From assembly GCA_965213705.1 (NCBI GenBank), contig OZ243913.1, forward strand, positions 2,176,001-2,240,000: 64,000 bases of DNA. The letters are read 5' to 3'. The stretch comes from Trueperaceae bacterium. GTDB taxonomy: Bacteria; Deinococcota; Deinococci; Deinococcales; Trueperaceae. Of the stretch, positions 1 to 10,865 are shown in pieces. The notes beneath the pieces were generated by a model, which ran no database searches, had not been told where the DNA came from, and worked only from the letters and a program-made list of their open reading frames with translations. Position 1 is the stretch's first letter, and every line of letters starts with the position of its first letter. A program made the position numbers and the translations under genes.

Positions 1-51
1 TTTGCAACCCTTGCCCCCAATTTGAACCGGTCTAACTGTACCAATTAGACC

Positions 52-525
52 ATGGCACGTGGCACTGTCCGTCACCCCTTTGTGTCTGCTTTAATACTTA
101 CAGCGGACAAACCGTCCGCGCTTCGGGGGGAGCAATACCTGCAGCCTTATCAGCTTCGGCAAGCGTTGCAGGTATTTTTTGCTCTTGTTCAGGGGGTAGA
201 GGGTAAAGAGCGACACAACACCGGGACGCGGGGCCGCAGGTCGCCGTTGAACAAGCCTTTACGTGAGGAGCGTGGCGTGAGCCTACCCAAACGGTGCTGC
301 AACGCCGACTTGGACTGCGCTTTGAGACGGTTCGAGACGCACCTTGGCGACTACCGAACGCTGGCCGACCCCGCCTCGTACCATTACGCTGCAAACACGC
401 TTGCCACACTGAGGCTCGAGGCTGAAGCGGCCACCGACGCGCGACACACGCTGAAAAGGGTTGAAAGGTTGGCCCTGGCGTTGCACCGTGCGGTGCGTGA
501 GTGGCAAGACGCCACAGTGCCCTGA
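52..525 (+). CDS. hypothetical protein
   Basis: 157-aa ORF converging on hisS; no recognisable motif. Confidence 0.4.
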   Translation: MARGTVRHPFVSALILTADKPSALRGEQYLQPYQLRQALQVFFALVQGVEGKERHNTGTRGRRSPLNKPLREERGVSLPKRCCNADLDCALRRFETHLGDYRTLADPASYHYAANTLATLRLEAEAATDARHTLKRVERLALALHRAVREWQDATVP

Positions 526-583
526 CCCGCGGGAAAACCGTCGACCGTTCTTTTCAACTTGTAAAAGTGTGAAAGCTTCAGAC

Positions 584-1921
584 TCACCCTCCCGCCGAGA
601 GTTCAACTTGCGTGCGGTAGTCGTCTTCGGCCGGCGTCCAAGCGTCCGGGTCCGCCGCACTTTGCGCGCCGCTGCGAATGTCCTTGACCTCGTGCGCAGT
701 TGGGTCGTCGGGGTTGAAAAACCACACGTAGGGAATGCCCCGGCGCTCGGCGGCGCGAATCTGCTTGCCGAACTTTTGCGGCGCGGGGTGGACGTCGGCG
801 GGAACGCCCCGCGCCCGCAACGCCTTGACGACCCCCGCGGCTGCCGCGCGCGTCTCCTCACTCGGCAACGCGACGAGGACGACGACCGGCGTCGAGCGCT
901 TAGGTTTGAGAAGGCCGCGCCCGAACAGGTAGCCGAGCATCCGCGTCACCCCGAAGGACACGCCGACGCCGGGAAGTTTTATTTTATCATCGCTCGCCAA
1001 GTTGTCGTAACGCCCGCCGCCGCAGACCGAGCCCAAAGCTTCGTGCCCGACGAACTGGCACTCGAGAACCGTCCCCGTGTAGTAGTCCAGCCCGCGCGCC
1101 ACGCTGAGGTCGGCGACGAGGCTGCCCACGGGCAGGTCGGCGTTCGAAGTCATCAAAACCTCGAGTTCAATCAAACCTTCCTGCAACAGCTCGTGCTTTA
1201 GGCCCAACGCCTCGACCCGTCTCACAAACGAAGTGTCGGGCGTTTGAATGTTGCCAAGCTCGAGGCACAAACCGGCGTCCTTTTCGCTCAGCCCGACGTC
1301 CGTTTGCAACAGCCGCGCGACCTCACGAGGGCCGATTTTCTCTATCTTGTCGACGATTCGCAGCACGTTTCCAGCGTCCTCGACGCCCAACGCCTTGTAA
1401 AAACCCGACAGGAGCTTACGGTTGTTCACCCGAATCCGTGTGTTCGGCACCGGCAGACTCGTCATAATTTCGTGGATGAGTTGCGGAAACTCGGCGTCGT
1501 AGCCGAGCGGCAGTTCGCCCTCACCTATCACGTCGATGTCGGCCTGGTAAAACTCGCGGTAGCGGCCCTCCTGCGGGCGCTCGCCGCGCCAGGCTTTCTG
1601 GATTTGGTAGCGCTTGAACGGGAAAGAAAGTTGCCCTCTAAACTGCTGCACGTACCTTGCGAACGGCACCGTCATGTCGAAGTGCAAACCGAACTCGGGC
1701 GGCGCGGCGGGGTCTTCCTCACCCAACCGGCGCAGCGTGTAAATCTCTTTGTCGTCGCCCTTGCTCAGGAGCACGTCCAGCGGCTCGACCGCTCTAGGCT
1801 CGACGGGCGCGAAGCCGTACAGCTCGAACTTGCGGCGCAGCGTGTCCAGGAAAGTTTGCTCGAGCAGCTTTTCTTCCGGCAGCCACTCGGGAAAGCCGCT
1901 GACGGGCGTGATTTTTGCCAT
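584..1921 (-). CDS. hisS: histidine--tRNA ligase
   Basis: class II aaRS motifs: GLHFDMTVPFAR, WRGERPQEGRYREFYQADID, ARGLDYYTG, GGGRYD; C-terminal anticodon-binding domain. Confidence 0.97.
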   Translation of the reverse strand: MAKITPVSGFPEWLPEEKLLEQTFLDTLRRKFELYGFAPVEPRAVEPLDVLLSKGDDKEIYTLRRLGEEDPAAPPEFGLHFDMTVPFARYVQQFRGQLSFPFKRYQIQKAWRGERPQEGRYREFYQADIDVIGEGELPLGYDAEFPQLIHEIMTSLPVPNTRIRVNNRKLLSGFYKALGVEDAGNVLRIVDKIEKIGPREVARLLQTDVGLSEKDAGLCLELGNIQTPDTSFVRRVEALGLKHELLQEGLIELEVLMTSNADLPVGSLVADLSVARGLDYYTGTVLECQFVGHEALGSVCGGGRYDNLASDDKIKLPGVGVSFGVTRMLGYLFGRGLLKPKRSTPVVVLVALPSEETRAAAAGVVKALRARGVPADVHPAPQKFGKQIRAAERRGIPYVWFFNPDDPTAHEVKDIRSGAQSAADPDAWTPAEDDYRTQVELSAGG

Positions 1922-2196
1922 GAACGTCTCCTAAGTTTTGAGGGAAAATGTGCTGTGGGAACGGCAGGCCGGCGGCTACGAATGCCGTCCGTACCTGACC
2001 CGGTGATAAAAAACCTTGTGGAAAATAACCTTGTGCGTTGGCAACTTCATCGGGATGATTATAAGGGAGCGCAGTCCGGCGCGTCACCCCTCGGCTTGCC
2101 GGCTTGCAGCGCTTGGCGTGGCAGCTTGCAGCGCTTGGCGGGTCAGCTTACGGTTGCGCACACCTTGTAGGGCTAAAACTGACACAGGAGGCAGTT

Positions 2197-2367
2197 ATGG
2201 ACGAAGACCAGAGGCTCGAGTACCAGTCACTCATCCGCAGCATCGTCGACCAGGCCGAAGCGATGGAAGACCCGGACCAAGAAGACGAAATGCTCTTCGA
2301 CAAGGTCGAAGCGCTCTCAGTCCGGGTGGAAGAGTTGCGCGACCTGATTGATTTAGTTTACGGGTAA
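2197..2367 (+). CDS. small acidic hypothetical protein (56 aa)
   Basis: AGGAGG RBS 5 nt before ATG at 2197. Confidence 0.6.
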   Translation: MDEDQRLEYQSLIRSIVDQAEAMEDPDQEDEMLFDKVEALSVRVEELRDLIDLVYG

Positions 2368-2400
2368 CTTTCGGCAGTTAGCTGACGGCTGAACACAGGT

Positions 2401-2430
2401 GTAGAAAAGGGCGGGTTCGAACCCGCCCTC
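2401..2430. repeat. REP-like palindrome or terminator
   Basis: GTAG..AGGGCGGGTTCGAACCCGCCCT hairpin between convergent genes; resembles the palindrome at 6581-6611. Confidence 0.45.
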
Positions 2431-2447
2431 AAACGTCCGTGGAGAAT

Positions 2448-3314
2448 TCAAACCGGCTTGGCGGATTCCAAACCTTCCAGTTCGTGCGACAGCTCGAGCT
2501 GGCCCTGGGGCGCTTTTTTGAGTTCTTCGGGTACCTCTTCGCCTATGTTTCCGTGCGCGATGGTAATTCCGCCGTCGGCCAGAAAGAGCGCGCCAGTCAC
2601 GTAACTCGCCTCGTCGGAGGCTAAAAAGGCGTAGACGTTCGCCATCTCTTCCGTCGTGCCGCGCCGGGCCAGCGGCGTCGCCTTGACGACCATCTTCGCC
2701 GTTTTCTCACTCATCGCGCCGTGCTCGGGCCGGGTCATCTCGGTGTCGATGGGGCCGGGGCAAACGCAGTTGGCGCGCACGCCGTGTTTGGCCTGCTCGA
2801 CCGCCACGCCCTTCATAAAAGCGTGCATAAAACCCTTGGTGCCGCCGTAGGGCGTGAACGTCGGCGTGCCGTTCAGCCCCGCCTCGCTGCCCGCCGAGAC
2901 GATGTTGCCGCGCGTTTTGTGCAACTCGGGCAGCGCCGCGCGCGTCATCATGAAAGCACTCTGGACGTTGTTGTGCAGCAGTTTCTTAAACGCCTCGAGC
3001 GGGTAGTTTTGCGTCTCGGCGGTGTCGGGAATGGTGCCCGCGTTGTTCACGAGCACATCGAGCTTGCCAAAGGCGTCCAGGGCTTTTTGCACGCAGGCTT
3101 GCGCCTGGTCCTCTTCGGCGACGTCGCCGGTAAACGCGACCGCCGTGCCCGGATGCCCGTGTTGTTTTATCTTGCTCACCACGTCGTCCACCGGGTCGCC
3201 GGGCAGACCTGCGACGACCACGTTCGCGCCCTCGAGCGCAAACTTGTGCGCAATCGCCTCACCGATGCCGGTTCCTGCACCGGTTATGACAGCTACTTTG
3301 CCTTTAAGTCTCAT
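2448..3314 (-). CDS. SDR family oxidoreductase
   Basis: TGAGTGIG Rossmann motif, NNAG, YGGTK catalytic motif, PGPIDT. Confidence 0.93.
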   Translation of the reverse strand: MRLKGKVAVITGAGTGIGEAIAHKFALEGANVVVAGLPGDPVDDVVSKIKQHGHPGTAVAFTGDVAEEDQAQACVQKALDAFGKLDVLVNNAGTIPDTAETQNYPLEAFKKLLHNNVQSAFMMTRAALPELHKTRGNIVSAGSEAGLNGTPTFTPYGGTKGFMHAFMKGVAVEQAKHGVRANCVCPGPIDTEMTRPEHGAMSEKTAKMVVKATPLARRGTTEEMANVYAFLASDEASYVTGALFLADGGITIAHGNIGEEVPEELKKAPQGQLELSHELEGLESAKPV

Positions 3315-3589
3315 TTCTCCCCCTTCGTCTTGCCCTGCTATTTTCGACCCCGCCCGTTTTTCGCTGCTACCGCGTGGCTTACAGTTGGTGAGCGGGCACT
3401 GCCCGAAACCCGGTCCAAAAGGCGTGCTACGAGTCGAACTCTGTGCCGCAGAGGCAAGGCGACCGAAGCCGTGAAGGCTCGAGCCCGCCGGACTCGGAGT
3501 GAAACTTGCCTCTGCAGGGCTGGTTTAAGGCGGCTCGCGTCGTCGGTTTGAAGCTCGAGCGCGCGACCGACGCGGTTCCGGTGGGCGCG

Positions 3590-4648
3590 CTAGGCTTCAG
3601 CTTCAACTTTGGTTTCTTTGAGGTACTCCAAGACCGCCGCCTCACTCTCAGACATGCGTTTCAACTTGCGGCGGCGGACTTTTTTGACGATACGCTCGAA
3701 CTTGCTTTGCAGTTCGCCGCCCTCGAACGTCTCGATGATGAGCGGATGGACGTACGACGAGCGGCACACCGCGGGCGTGTTACCTAGGTGCTCGGCGACT
3801 TCTTTGATGGCCGTCGAGACGACCTTCTGGCGACCCTTGACCTCGGCGGGACACTCGTTCTGGCAGAGGGTTTCGGCGGCCAACACCGTCGCCGCCCAGG
3901 TACGAAAGTCCTTGGCGGTAAAGTCCTGGCCGGTCGTTTCTTGCAAGTAGGCGTTCACGTCGGCGGAGTCGACGACGTGTTTTTCGCCGTCCGCGTCCAG
4001 GTACTTGAACAGCTCGTAACCAGGCAGCTCGTAAGCCTCTTTGACGACCCTGGCAAGCTGTCTGTCCTCCAACGAGATGTGGTGCTCCTTGCCCGACTTG
4101 CCGACGAAGTCGAACGCCAAGTGACTGCCCTCGATGTCGACGTGTTTGCGGCGCATGGTGGTCAGTCCGTAGGAGTGGTTCTGCTTAGCGTATTCGCGGT
4201 TGCCGATGCGGATGAGGGTGGTTTCCAACAGCTTGACGATGGCCGCGACGAGCTTTTCTTTGGGCAGCCCCTGACGGCGCAGGTCACGCTCCAACCGCTC
4301 ACGCAACTCGGGCAGCGCCTCGCCGAAAGGCACGAGCGAGTCGAACTTGGCGCGGTCGCGCACCTCGCGCCACTTCTCGTGGTAGACGTACTGTTTGCGC
4401 TCTTTAGCGTCGTAGCCGGTCGCCTGGATGTGGCCGGCGGCGTCCCTGCAAATCCACACGTCTTCCCACATCGGCGGGATGACGAGGGCGTCGAAACGCT
4501 CTCGCAAACGTTTGTCCTTGACGTGTTTGTCGTCCGGGTCGTAGTAAGCGAAGCCCTTGCCGCTACGCTTGCGCGTGTAGCCGGGTTCCTCGTCGGAGAC
4601 GTAACGCAGACGGGCCTGGGCGGCGGCTTCGACGGGGTCGCTCAGCAC
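3590..4648 (-). CDS. DNA topoisomerase IB (bacterial, poxvirus-like type)
   Basis: IRIGNREY, FVGKSGKEH, KDFRTW and LGNTPAVCRSSYVHP catalytic motifs. Confidence 0.93.
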   Translation of the reverse strand: MLSDPVEAAAQARLRYVSDEEPGYTRKRSGKGFAYYDPDDKHVKDKRLRERFDALVIPPMWEDVWICRDAAGHIQATGYDAKERKQYVYHEKWREVRDRAKFDSLVPFGEALPELRERLERDLRRQGLPKEKLVAAIVKLLETTLIRIGNREYAKQNHSYGLTTMRRKHVDIEGSHLAFDFVGKSGKEHHISLEDRQLARVVKEAYELPGYELFKYLDADGEKHVVDSADVNAYLQETTGQDFTAKDFRTWAATVLAAETLCQNECPAEVKGRQKVVSTAIKEVAEHLGNTPAVCRSSYVHPLIIETFEGGELQSKFERIVKKVRRRKLKRMSESEAAVLEYLKETKVEAEA

Positions 4649-4684
4649 AGGTGTACTTTCGGGTATAGGTTCATTCGTTTCCCT

Positions 4685-5743
4685 TCAGGCGGTGTGGTTG
4701 CGGACAGAATGGTCTCGGGCGGGGCTCGAGCCCTTGTACAAGTAGCGCACGCCGCCGCGCCGCACGCGGTTTTTGCGAATCTCGTCGCCGCGCTCTAAAA
4801 TCTTTACAATCGTGTCGGCGGTGTGGGCCAAGTGGGACTTGCCGCTGGGCAAAAAGCTCGAGTCGTCTAGGTAGTTGCCCGCGCCGTTGTGGTGAACCGG
4901 CCCCATCGGGATGTAGGTGAACTTGCCGCGGCGTTTGGCGCGGTTCCAGCTCGAGCTTGCTACCCAGGGCCAGCGGCCCGGAAAGAGCAGCGTGCTGAAC
5001 TTTTCAACCGGGTCTTTACTCCCCGCCAGGTGGTACAAGTAGCGCACGTCCAGCAGTCCGGCGTCCGCACTTATCACCCCGCCGAGCGAGACGAGGTCGA
5101 CGGGCGCGCTCAGCAAGCGCTTTAAAAACGGTGTCACCCCCGCTGCCACCTGCGCGCCGCCGCTGAAACCGATTAAAGTGATAGGCACGCCCGAGCCGGC
5201 CCGGTAGCCGTGCTCGAGCAGGTCTTTCATAACGGCCTGCGCCTCGCCGAGGTGGTAAATCGGACCGTAGCGCTTGTCGGCCGAGACGAGCACCTGGAAA
5301 ATGTTGCGCAGGTTGATGAGAAAGCCGAACGGGTGACGAGCGTCCTTGAGCTTGCGCTCGCGCGCGTAACGCCAGAAGCGCGACAAGGGCCGCGACGTGG
5401 TCAGCGGCGCGCCCGAGACCGCGTAGGGCAGCACGTCGCCCAAGACGGCCGCGTCGGGCAGCGCGGCGCTTAAATAGTCGAGCAAACTTTGCACGTCGCT
5501 GTAGTTTTCGGGCGTGGCCTTGGCGACGCCGTCTAAAAAAACCACGTAGTGCGCTTTTGGTGCAGTGCCCGAGTTCCCCTCGAGCAAACTCAACCCGCCC
5601 GGCACCGACGGGTGGGCGTCGTACCAGTCGTTGTACCAGCCCGCCCACCAGCCCAAAGCTTCCAAGGGCGCCAGCAACATCGCCGCCGACACGCCCACAA
5701 ACAAGACAAGCAGGAGTGCCAAAACCTCGGCTAAGCCCGGCAT
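4685..5743 (-). CDS. membrane-anchored alpha/beta-hydrolase-like protein
   Basis: N-terminal hydrophobic helix and GFSGG nucleophile-elbow motif; start overlaps the upstream stop (TGATG). Confidence 0.65.
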   Translation of the reverse strand: MPGLAEVLALLLVLFVGVSAAMLLAPLEALGWWAGWYNDWYDAHPSVPGGLSLLEGNSGTAPKAHYVVFLDGVAKATPENYSDVQSLLDYLSAALPDAAVLGDVLPYAVSGAPLTTSRPLSRFWRYARERKLKDARHPFGFLINLRNIFQVLVSADKRYGPIYHLGEAQAVMKDLLEHGYRAGSGVPITLIGFSGGAQVAAGVTPFLKRLLSAPVDLVSLGGVISADAGLLDVRYLYHLAGSKDPVEKFSTLLFPGRWPWVASSSWNRAKRRGKFTYIPMGPVHHNGAGNYLDDSSFLPSGKSHLAHTADTIVKILERGDEIRKNRVRRGGVRYLYKGSSPARDHSVRNHTA

Positions 5744-6402
5744 CACACCACCCGCCCCGAAGCGTCCTCGTACAGCCCGCGTTCCGCAAGCATTTCCTGG
5801 ACCAAGTCGTCGGTGCCCAGCACCTCGCGGATGCGCTCCACCCCGGCAGCTCTTGCCCGCAACCACTTCGACAGCGTGACGAGCGGGCGGCCCACCGTGC
5901 GCTGCACGGTTTGGAGCATCAGCCAACCCAAACCGCCGCACAGTGCGGCCTGCCACAGCCCCAACTCCAAACCCACCTGCGCCCCGACCACGATGGCGAG
6001 CAAACTCCACAGCGACAACAGCGACCCCAACCCCACCCCGAAAAATGGCACGAAAGCCAAAAAACTAAAGAGCAGCGGCGCGTAGCCCAAACCCACGGTG
6101 CGCACCGTTTGCTCCAGCGGCACGTCGCTTCCGAACAAGCCGTGGCCGATGCCCCACAAACTGAGCGCCCACACGAGGTAGTTAAAGACATAAAGCGCCG
6201 ACGACACCAACACCGTAAACCCAAAGCGCCGGGGTGAGACCTGGTTGATAAAAAGCGTTACGCTCTGCCCGAGCGCCGTCGACACCCCGGCCAACAACAC
6301 GGTGAGCAACGCCGAAAGCAGGCCGTTTGGCGCTTCGTAAATCGCCAAAAAGGCATTTTTGTCGAGCAGCAAGGCTGGTAGTAAAAGTTCGTGTAGGTCC
6401 AT
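5743..6402 (-). CDS. YIP1-like multi-pass membrane protein
   Basis: about 5 TM segments and a RTVGLGYAP motif; coupled to the downstream gene. Confidence 0.65.
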   Translation of the reverse strand: MDLHELLLPALLLDKNAFLAIYEAPNGLLSALLTVLLAGVSTALGQSVTLFINQVSPRRFGFTVLVSSALYVFNYLVWALSLWGIGHGLFGSDVPLEQTVRTVGLGYAPLLFSFLAFVPFFGVGLGSLLSLWSLLAIVVGAQVGLELGLWQAALCGGLGWLMLQTVQRTVGRPLVTLSKWLRARAAGVERIREVLGTDDLVQEMLAERGLYEDASGRVV

Positions 6403-6580
6403 AGTCTCTGGGGCTTGCCACGGGAGACTGACGACGGCCGCCCCCCTAAAGTCTAGTGGACTTCGGCAAAACAAACCGTGACGGAAGGCGGTCTTGCAGT
6501 AGCAGAAAAGGCTCGCGGCCACGCTGCAGGTTTGACCTACCGGCTGTTTGGTTCCCCAACACATGACGAGTGTCGCGTCC

Positions 6581-6611
6581 TGTAGGGGTGGGTTCTGAAC
6601 CCACCCCTACA
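6581..6611. repeat. GTAG-type REP palindrome
   Basis: TGTAGGGGTGGGTTC-T-GAACCCACCCCTACA perfect palindrome downstream of icd. Confidence 0.6.
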
Positions 6612-6660
6612 GGACGGCGAAAAAGGACGTTTTGAGCGGCAGTTTTGATACCCTCTTTGT

Positions 6661-7923
6661 CTACATATTCTCAATCAGCGCCGAGCCGAACTCGCTCGTT
6701 TTGAGCAGGGTCGCGTTATCCATCAAACGTTCGAAGTCGTACGTCACGCGCTTTTGCGAAATCGTCTTGCTCATGCTGGTCAGGATGAGGTCGGCGGCGT
6801 CGTTCCAGCCCATGTAGCGCAACATCATCTCGCCGGACAAGATGACCGAGGAAGGGTTCACCTTGTCCTGACCGGCGTACTTCGGCGCGGTGCCGTGGGT
6901 CGCCTCGAACACGGCGTGACCCGAGACGTAGTTGATGTTCGCGCCCGGCGCGATGCCTATGCCGCCCACTTGCGCGGCGAGCGCGTCCGAGATGTAGTCA
7001 CCGTTTAGGTTCATAGTCGCGAGCACGCTGTACTCGGCGGGGCGCAGGATGATTTGCTGGAGCATGGCGTCGGCGATGACGTCTTTGACGGTGATGGTGG
7101 TGCCTGTCGCAGGGTTTTTCAGGGTGTGCCAGGGGCCGCCGTCGAGGGGCGTCGCGCCGAACTCACGCGCGGCCAACTCATAACCCCAGTCGCGGAACGC
7201 GCCCTCGGTAAACTTCATGATGTTGCCCTTGTGAACCAGGGTGACGCTGTCTTTGTCGTTGGCAATCGCGTAGTTGATGGCGGCGCGTACGAGTCGGTCG
7301 GTACCCTCGCGTGAAGTCGGCTTAATCCCAATCCCCGCCGTGTCGGGAAAGCGGATTTTTTCGTAGGATTCGGGGAAGTTTTCTTTGAGCAGCTCGAGAA
7401 ACTTTTCAGCCTCCTTTGAGCCCTCTTTGTATTCGATGCCCGCGTAGATGTCCTCGGTGTTCTCGCGGAAAATTATCATGTCGACGGCCTCGGGATTTTT
7501 GACCGGGCTCGGCACGCCCTGGAAATACTGCACCGGGCGCACGCAGGCGTATAAGTCCATCCGTTGCCGAATCGCCACGTTGATACTTCTGATGCCGCCG
7601 CCGACCGGGGTGGTCAAGGGTCCTTTGATACCGACGAGGTACTCGTCGAGCGCGTCGATCGTCTCGTCCGGCAGCCACACGACCTCGCCGTAAACGTCGT
7701 TCGCCTTGTCGCCCGCGTAGACCTCCATCCAGGCGATTTCTTTCTGGCCGCCGTAGGCCTTTTTAACGGCCGCGTCGAGCACGCGTTTGGAAGCCGCCCA
7801 AATGTCCGGCCCGGTGCCGTCGCCCTCGATAAAACCGACGATGGGCCGGTCGGAAACCTGCAGGTGGCCGTCTTGAATGGTGATTTTGTCGCCTTCGGGG
7901 ACCGTAATGTGTTGGTAGCTCAT
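6661..7923 (-). CDS. icd: NADP-dependent isocitrate dehydrogenase
   Basis: [57 protein letters not shown]. Confidence 0.97.
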   Translation of the reverse strand: MSYQHITVPEGDKITIQDGHLQVSDRPIVGFIEGDGTGPDIWAASKRVLDAAVKKAYGGQKEIAWMEVYAGDKANDVYGEVVWLPDETIDALDEYLVGIKGPLTTPVGGGIRSINVAIRQRMDLYACVRPVQYFQGVPSPVKNPEAVDMIIFRENTEDIYAGIEYKEGSKEAEKFLELLKENFPESYEKIRFPDTAGIGIKPTSREGTDRLVRAAINYAIANDKDSVTLVHKGNIMKFTEGAFRDWGYELAAREFGATPLDGGPWHTLKNPATGTTITVKDVIADAMLQQIILRPAEYSVLATMNLNGDYISDALAAQVGGIGIAPGANINYVSGHAVFEATHGTAPKYAGQDKVNPSSVILSGEMMLRYMGWNDAADLILTSMSKTISQKRVTYDFERLMDNATLLKTSEFGSALIENM

Positions 7924-8145
7924 AGTTCTCCTTCATACGTGCTGGCACGAATTTTGTTTGCGGTTCGACACGAAAGTTGGTCTCGAAATCTTAGGGTCGA
8001 CCCAAAGCTTCTACAGGCCTCTAACTATACACTCGAGCTTCGTGGGTTCTACATGGACTTTGCCGTTTGAGATTTTTAGGGGTACGGACGGGGTCGCAAC
8101 GCACAAGAAAACGCGGCCCTCACCTGAGAACCGCGTTCTGAAAAC

Positions 8146-8192
8146 TGGTAGCGACGGAGAGACTTGAACTCTCGACCTCACAATTATGAGTC
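8146..8192 (-). repeat. att site: duplicated 3' part of the tRNA-CAU
   Basis: TGGTAGCGACGGAGAGACTTGAACTCTCGACCTCACAATTATGAGTC matches 34086-34132 with one mismatch. Confidence 0.93.
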
Positions 8193-8318
8193 ATTCCGGG
8201 GGCAATTTCACCTGTTTTGGCTCCGTTATATTTAGTGTGATTAGTTGCGTTCCAGACGGTGCTTCTACGCTTTTGCTCTCGAACCTTGTTTGGGCACGTT
8301 TGGGCCTGTTTTGAACAG

Positions 8319-8342
8319 TTGGCACACTTTTGGCACACAAAT
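8319..8342. promoter_or_regulatory. putative integrase arm-type sites (tandem TGGCACAC)
   Basis: TTGGCACACTTTTGGCACACAAAT recurs almost identically at 33997-34020, inside the other island end. Confidence 0.7.
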
Positions 8343-8867
8343 CTGAGCCTCGTTTTGCCCTCCAGCAGCGAAAATTTGGTTTGTAGGCGTGTAGACTCGA
8401 GCTTGTTTATCACGAGGCGATTCTGTCGGTGTCAGGCGCGTTTCGACAAGGAACCCCCAGCGAACGCTGCCCGAACCGCCAAGGTTCACTCACCTTTGTT
8501 CTGATTCCTCTGGTCGCTTCTCGGCACTTTGAAGCCTGTTTTCTTTCGTACTGTTCCTTTAGCCTGCACTGTCAAAAGCCAAGTTGAACCGAACCTGCCC
8601 CCTGAGTTTAGACTCGCTTCGAGAACGGAAGGGCGTGTTTGGGTGAGGTATACTGAGTCATTATTTGGATAATTGGCTTGGGGGGCCGATGGGGGATCCA
8701 ACTAAAAAGCAGTTAAACCTTTCTTTCGCCAACGACATTTGCGCTCAAAAAGAGCGCGCCACTGCGCTCAAGCAACAGCTTCTGATCGACCTTTGGTGTC
8801 TTTATCCAGACTTGTACCGGCGCCTGCAACGTAGGTGTTTCCGTCGTTTGCAGCCAGTAGTTGTTTG

Positions 8868-9848
8868 ATGAACCCCAGCGTAGGCAGCTACCTGAGTTCG
8901 TATCTGGTTGTCGCCCACGCCCTCAGTGTGAAAGACGCCTACCGTTTGGCGCGCATCTTTTTGCACCGCACGAGGCGATACCGAACCCCGCGCTTCGAAT
9001 TTTACTACCAGCGCTATCGACGCACTCACGTTGACCCGTTGGAGGAACGCTCTCTAGCTGCCTTTGACACCTTCGTCGCCACTGCCAAGCTTCAAGTTGT
9101 TGTCGACGAACTCTGGCACGTCCTCGACAACTGGATGACAAACGTCTTTGTCTACCGCGACGCATTCCCCGTCTTGCCGCCCACGATGTTCTACCCGCCG
9201 CTGCAGGTCGTTGTTCTCGAGGAGCATCCCGACCTCGCCGTCGTCCCGGAACTCAAAGACGCGATGCGGGTCTCGCAGTGGTTGGCCTTGTCAGATGAGT
9301 TGGTGGAAGCGTACCAAGTCGCCATCGACCAGTGGCGGCGTGAGTTTGACGTAGAAGTCACCTGGTCTCGCGAGTTCGAACGCCTCCGCGACGTTTACCT
9401 GCGCGAGGTAACGGCGAGCTGGGACTGGGGCAAGTATAAAAAGACCGAGCACGCCACCGTCTTATTTGCGCTGCGTGAGGTCGAGGGGGTCGGCAACGAC
9501 ATCCTCGCCGAGGCGTTCTCGTTGGCGAAGTCCACTGTTCAGGGCCACATACGCGATATTGAGACGACGATTGGCTACAAACGTAAGCTATTTGGCGGTC
9601 ACCGGGGCGGCAGACACAGCCAAGACCGCAAGGACGCCTTGAAAACGCTCGAGCGCCGCCTGGCAGCCTACGACGCACGCCGAGAGCAGGCGCAGCGGTT
9701 GGCCCAACGGTGGGTGCCGGTGCGAGGCTACGACCTGGAAGCGTACGAAGCCACCGCCGAACCGCTCCGGCAAATCGTAGCACCACCCCCCGACCAGGCA
9801 CTTCCTTTCGTGCCTCGCCTGCGTGCCAAAGGCGATGAGTGGGCATGA
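8868..9848 (+). CDS. hypothetical protein with C-terminal HTH-like segment
   Basis: long ORF; NDILAEAFSLAKSTVQGHIRDI resembles an HTH; overlaps upstream ORF 8665-8868 (TGATG). Confidence 0.6.
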   Translation: MNPSVGSYLSSYLVVAHALSVKDAYRLARIFLHRTRRYRTPRFEFYYQRYRRTHVDPLEERSLAAFDTFVATAKLQVVVDELWHVLDNWMTNVFVYRDAFPVLPPTMFYPPLQVVVLEEHPDLAVVPELKDAMRVSQWLALSDELVEAYQVAIDQWRREFDVEVTWSREFERLRDVYLREVTASWDWGKYKKTEHATVLFALREVEGVGNDILAEAFSLAKSTVQGHIRDIETTIGYKRKLFGGHRGGRHSQDRKDALKTLERRLAAYDARREQAQRLAQRWVPVRGYDLEAYEATAEPLRQIVAPPPDQALPFVPRLRAKGDEWA

Positions 9849-10003
9849 TGGCGGTTGGGCGACCGACCCATTTAGCCAGACGGCCCGACCCCATTTGTCA
9901 CGGCAGCCGAACCTTTTAACCGAGCCGACCGGCTCTATGTAAGTTGGTGACCCCTTGCTAGGCTCTGGACGGGTCCGGACCCAAGCCAGCAAAAGGGAGT
10001 CAC

Positions 10004-10213
10004 ATGATGTCTAACAAGCTCGAAGGAATCGACTACGTGACAAAACGCACGGGGTGGTGCGTTTACGACCTCGTCGCTCAAGGGCTGCTCCCGGCAGTGA
10101 GGGCGGGGCGACGCCTTTACTTCGACCCGCAGCAGCTCGAAGCTTGGATCGAACAAGGCGGCCGCGCGAGTACATCAGAAGGCGTTGCTGAACCGTGGGT
10201 ATCCGGGCCATGA
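10004..10213 (+). CDS. excisionase-like HTH protein
   Basis: 69 aa; VYDLVAQGLLPAVRAGRRLYFDPQQLEAWI is a typical Xis/HTH_17 pattern; AAGGGAG RBS. Confidence 0.8.
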   Translation: MMSNKLEGIDYVTKRTGWCVYDLVAQGLLPAVRAGRRLYFDPQQLEAWIEQGGRASTSEGVAEPWVSGP

Positions 10214-10713
10214 GGTGGGCCTGGACCTGGCCCTTGTCGCCGACCCAAAAGCTCACCCTCGTCGCCCTCGCCTGGCACAGCGACGGCCACGGCCACTGCT
10301 GGCCCAGCCAGGCGCGCCTCGCCCGGCTTTCGGGACTCAGCGAGCGCACCGTGCGTCGAGCGGTGAGAGACCTCGAGACCCAGCAGCTTCTCCGCCGCCA
10401 CAAGCGCACCACCGAAGCCGGGGCCGCAACGAGCGACCTCTACGTTCTGCAGCTCACGACCCACCCCCCGGACACGGTGACCGCCCCCAGCGGACAGGCT
10501 GACCTCCCGGTGCGGACAGACAAGGTCGCGCCCCCCGGACAGGGTGACCGCCAAAAGGGTTTGAAAGGTCATCTAAAGGGTTGGGAAAAAATCGAACAAG
10601 ACCGCCAACGCGCTGAAGAAGCCGCTGACGTGTTCTGGAGCGACCAAGAACCTGCCCAAGACCGAGAGCGGTGGCTGCGGCTCCTCAAGGGCACACCCCC
10701 GGAGACAAGCTGA
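10195..10713 (+). CDS. winged-HTH replication-initiator-like protein
   Basis: AMRWAW...KLTLVALA...CWPSQARLARLSGLSERTVRRAVRDLE resembles the N-terminus of phage/MGE replication proteins. Confidence 0.75.
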   Translation: MGIRAMRWAWTWPLSPTQKLTLVALAWHSDGHGHCWPSQARLARLSGLSERTVRRAVRDLETQQLLRRHKRTTEAGAATSDLYVLQLTTHPPDTVTAPSGQADLPVRTDKVAPPGQGDRQKGLKGHLKGWEKIEQDRQRAEEAADVFWSDQEPAQDRERWLRLLKGTPPETS

Positions 10714-10865
10714 CGCTGAGGCCACGTCAACCCCGAACCACCCTGTAGGCAGGATAAGCGTCCGCGCTCGCGCCTGGCCTAAGTCGCAACAAACTTGTCT
10801 ACCACCCATTTCAACCGCTTTGCCACACAGCGCGGACCGTGTACCTTCCGCGCGGAAGGAAACTT

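Noticed and set aside
283..3551. Long antisense ORFs over hisS, the SDR and other GC-rich genes (also at 37847, 49645, 59875, 61920)
   Set aside because: Shadow frames typical of high-GC coding DNA, with no motifs.
3590..4648. Topoisomerase IB as a sign of viral origin
   Set aside because: This type is known from many bacterial chromosomes, including Deinococcus, and has no mobile context here.
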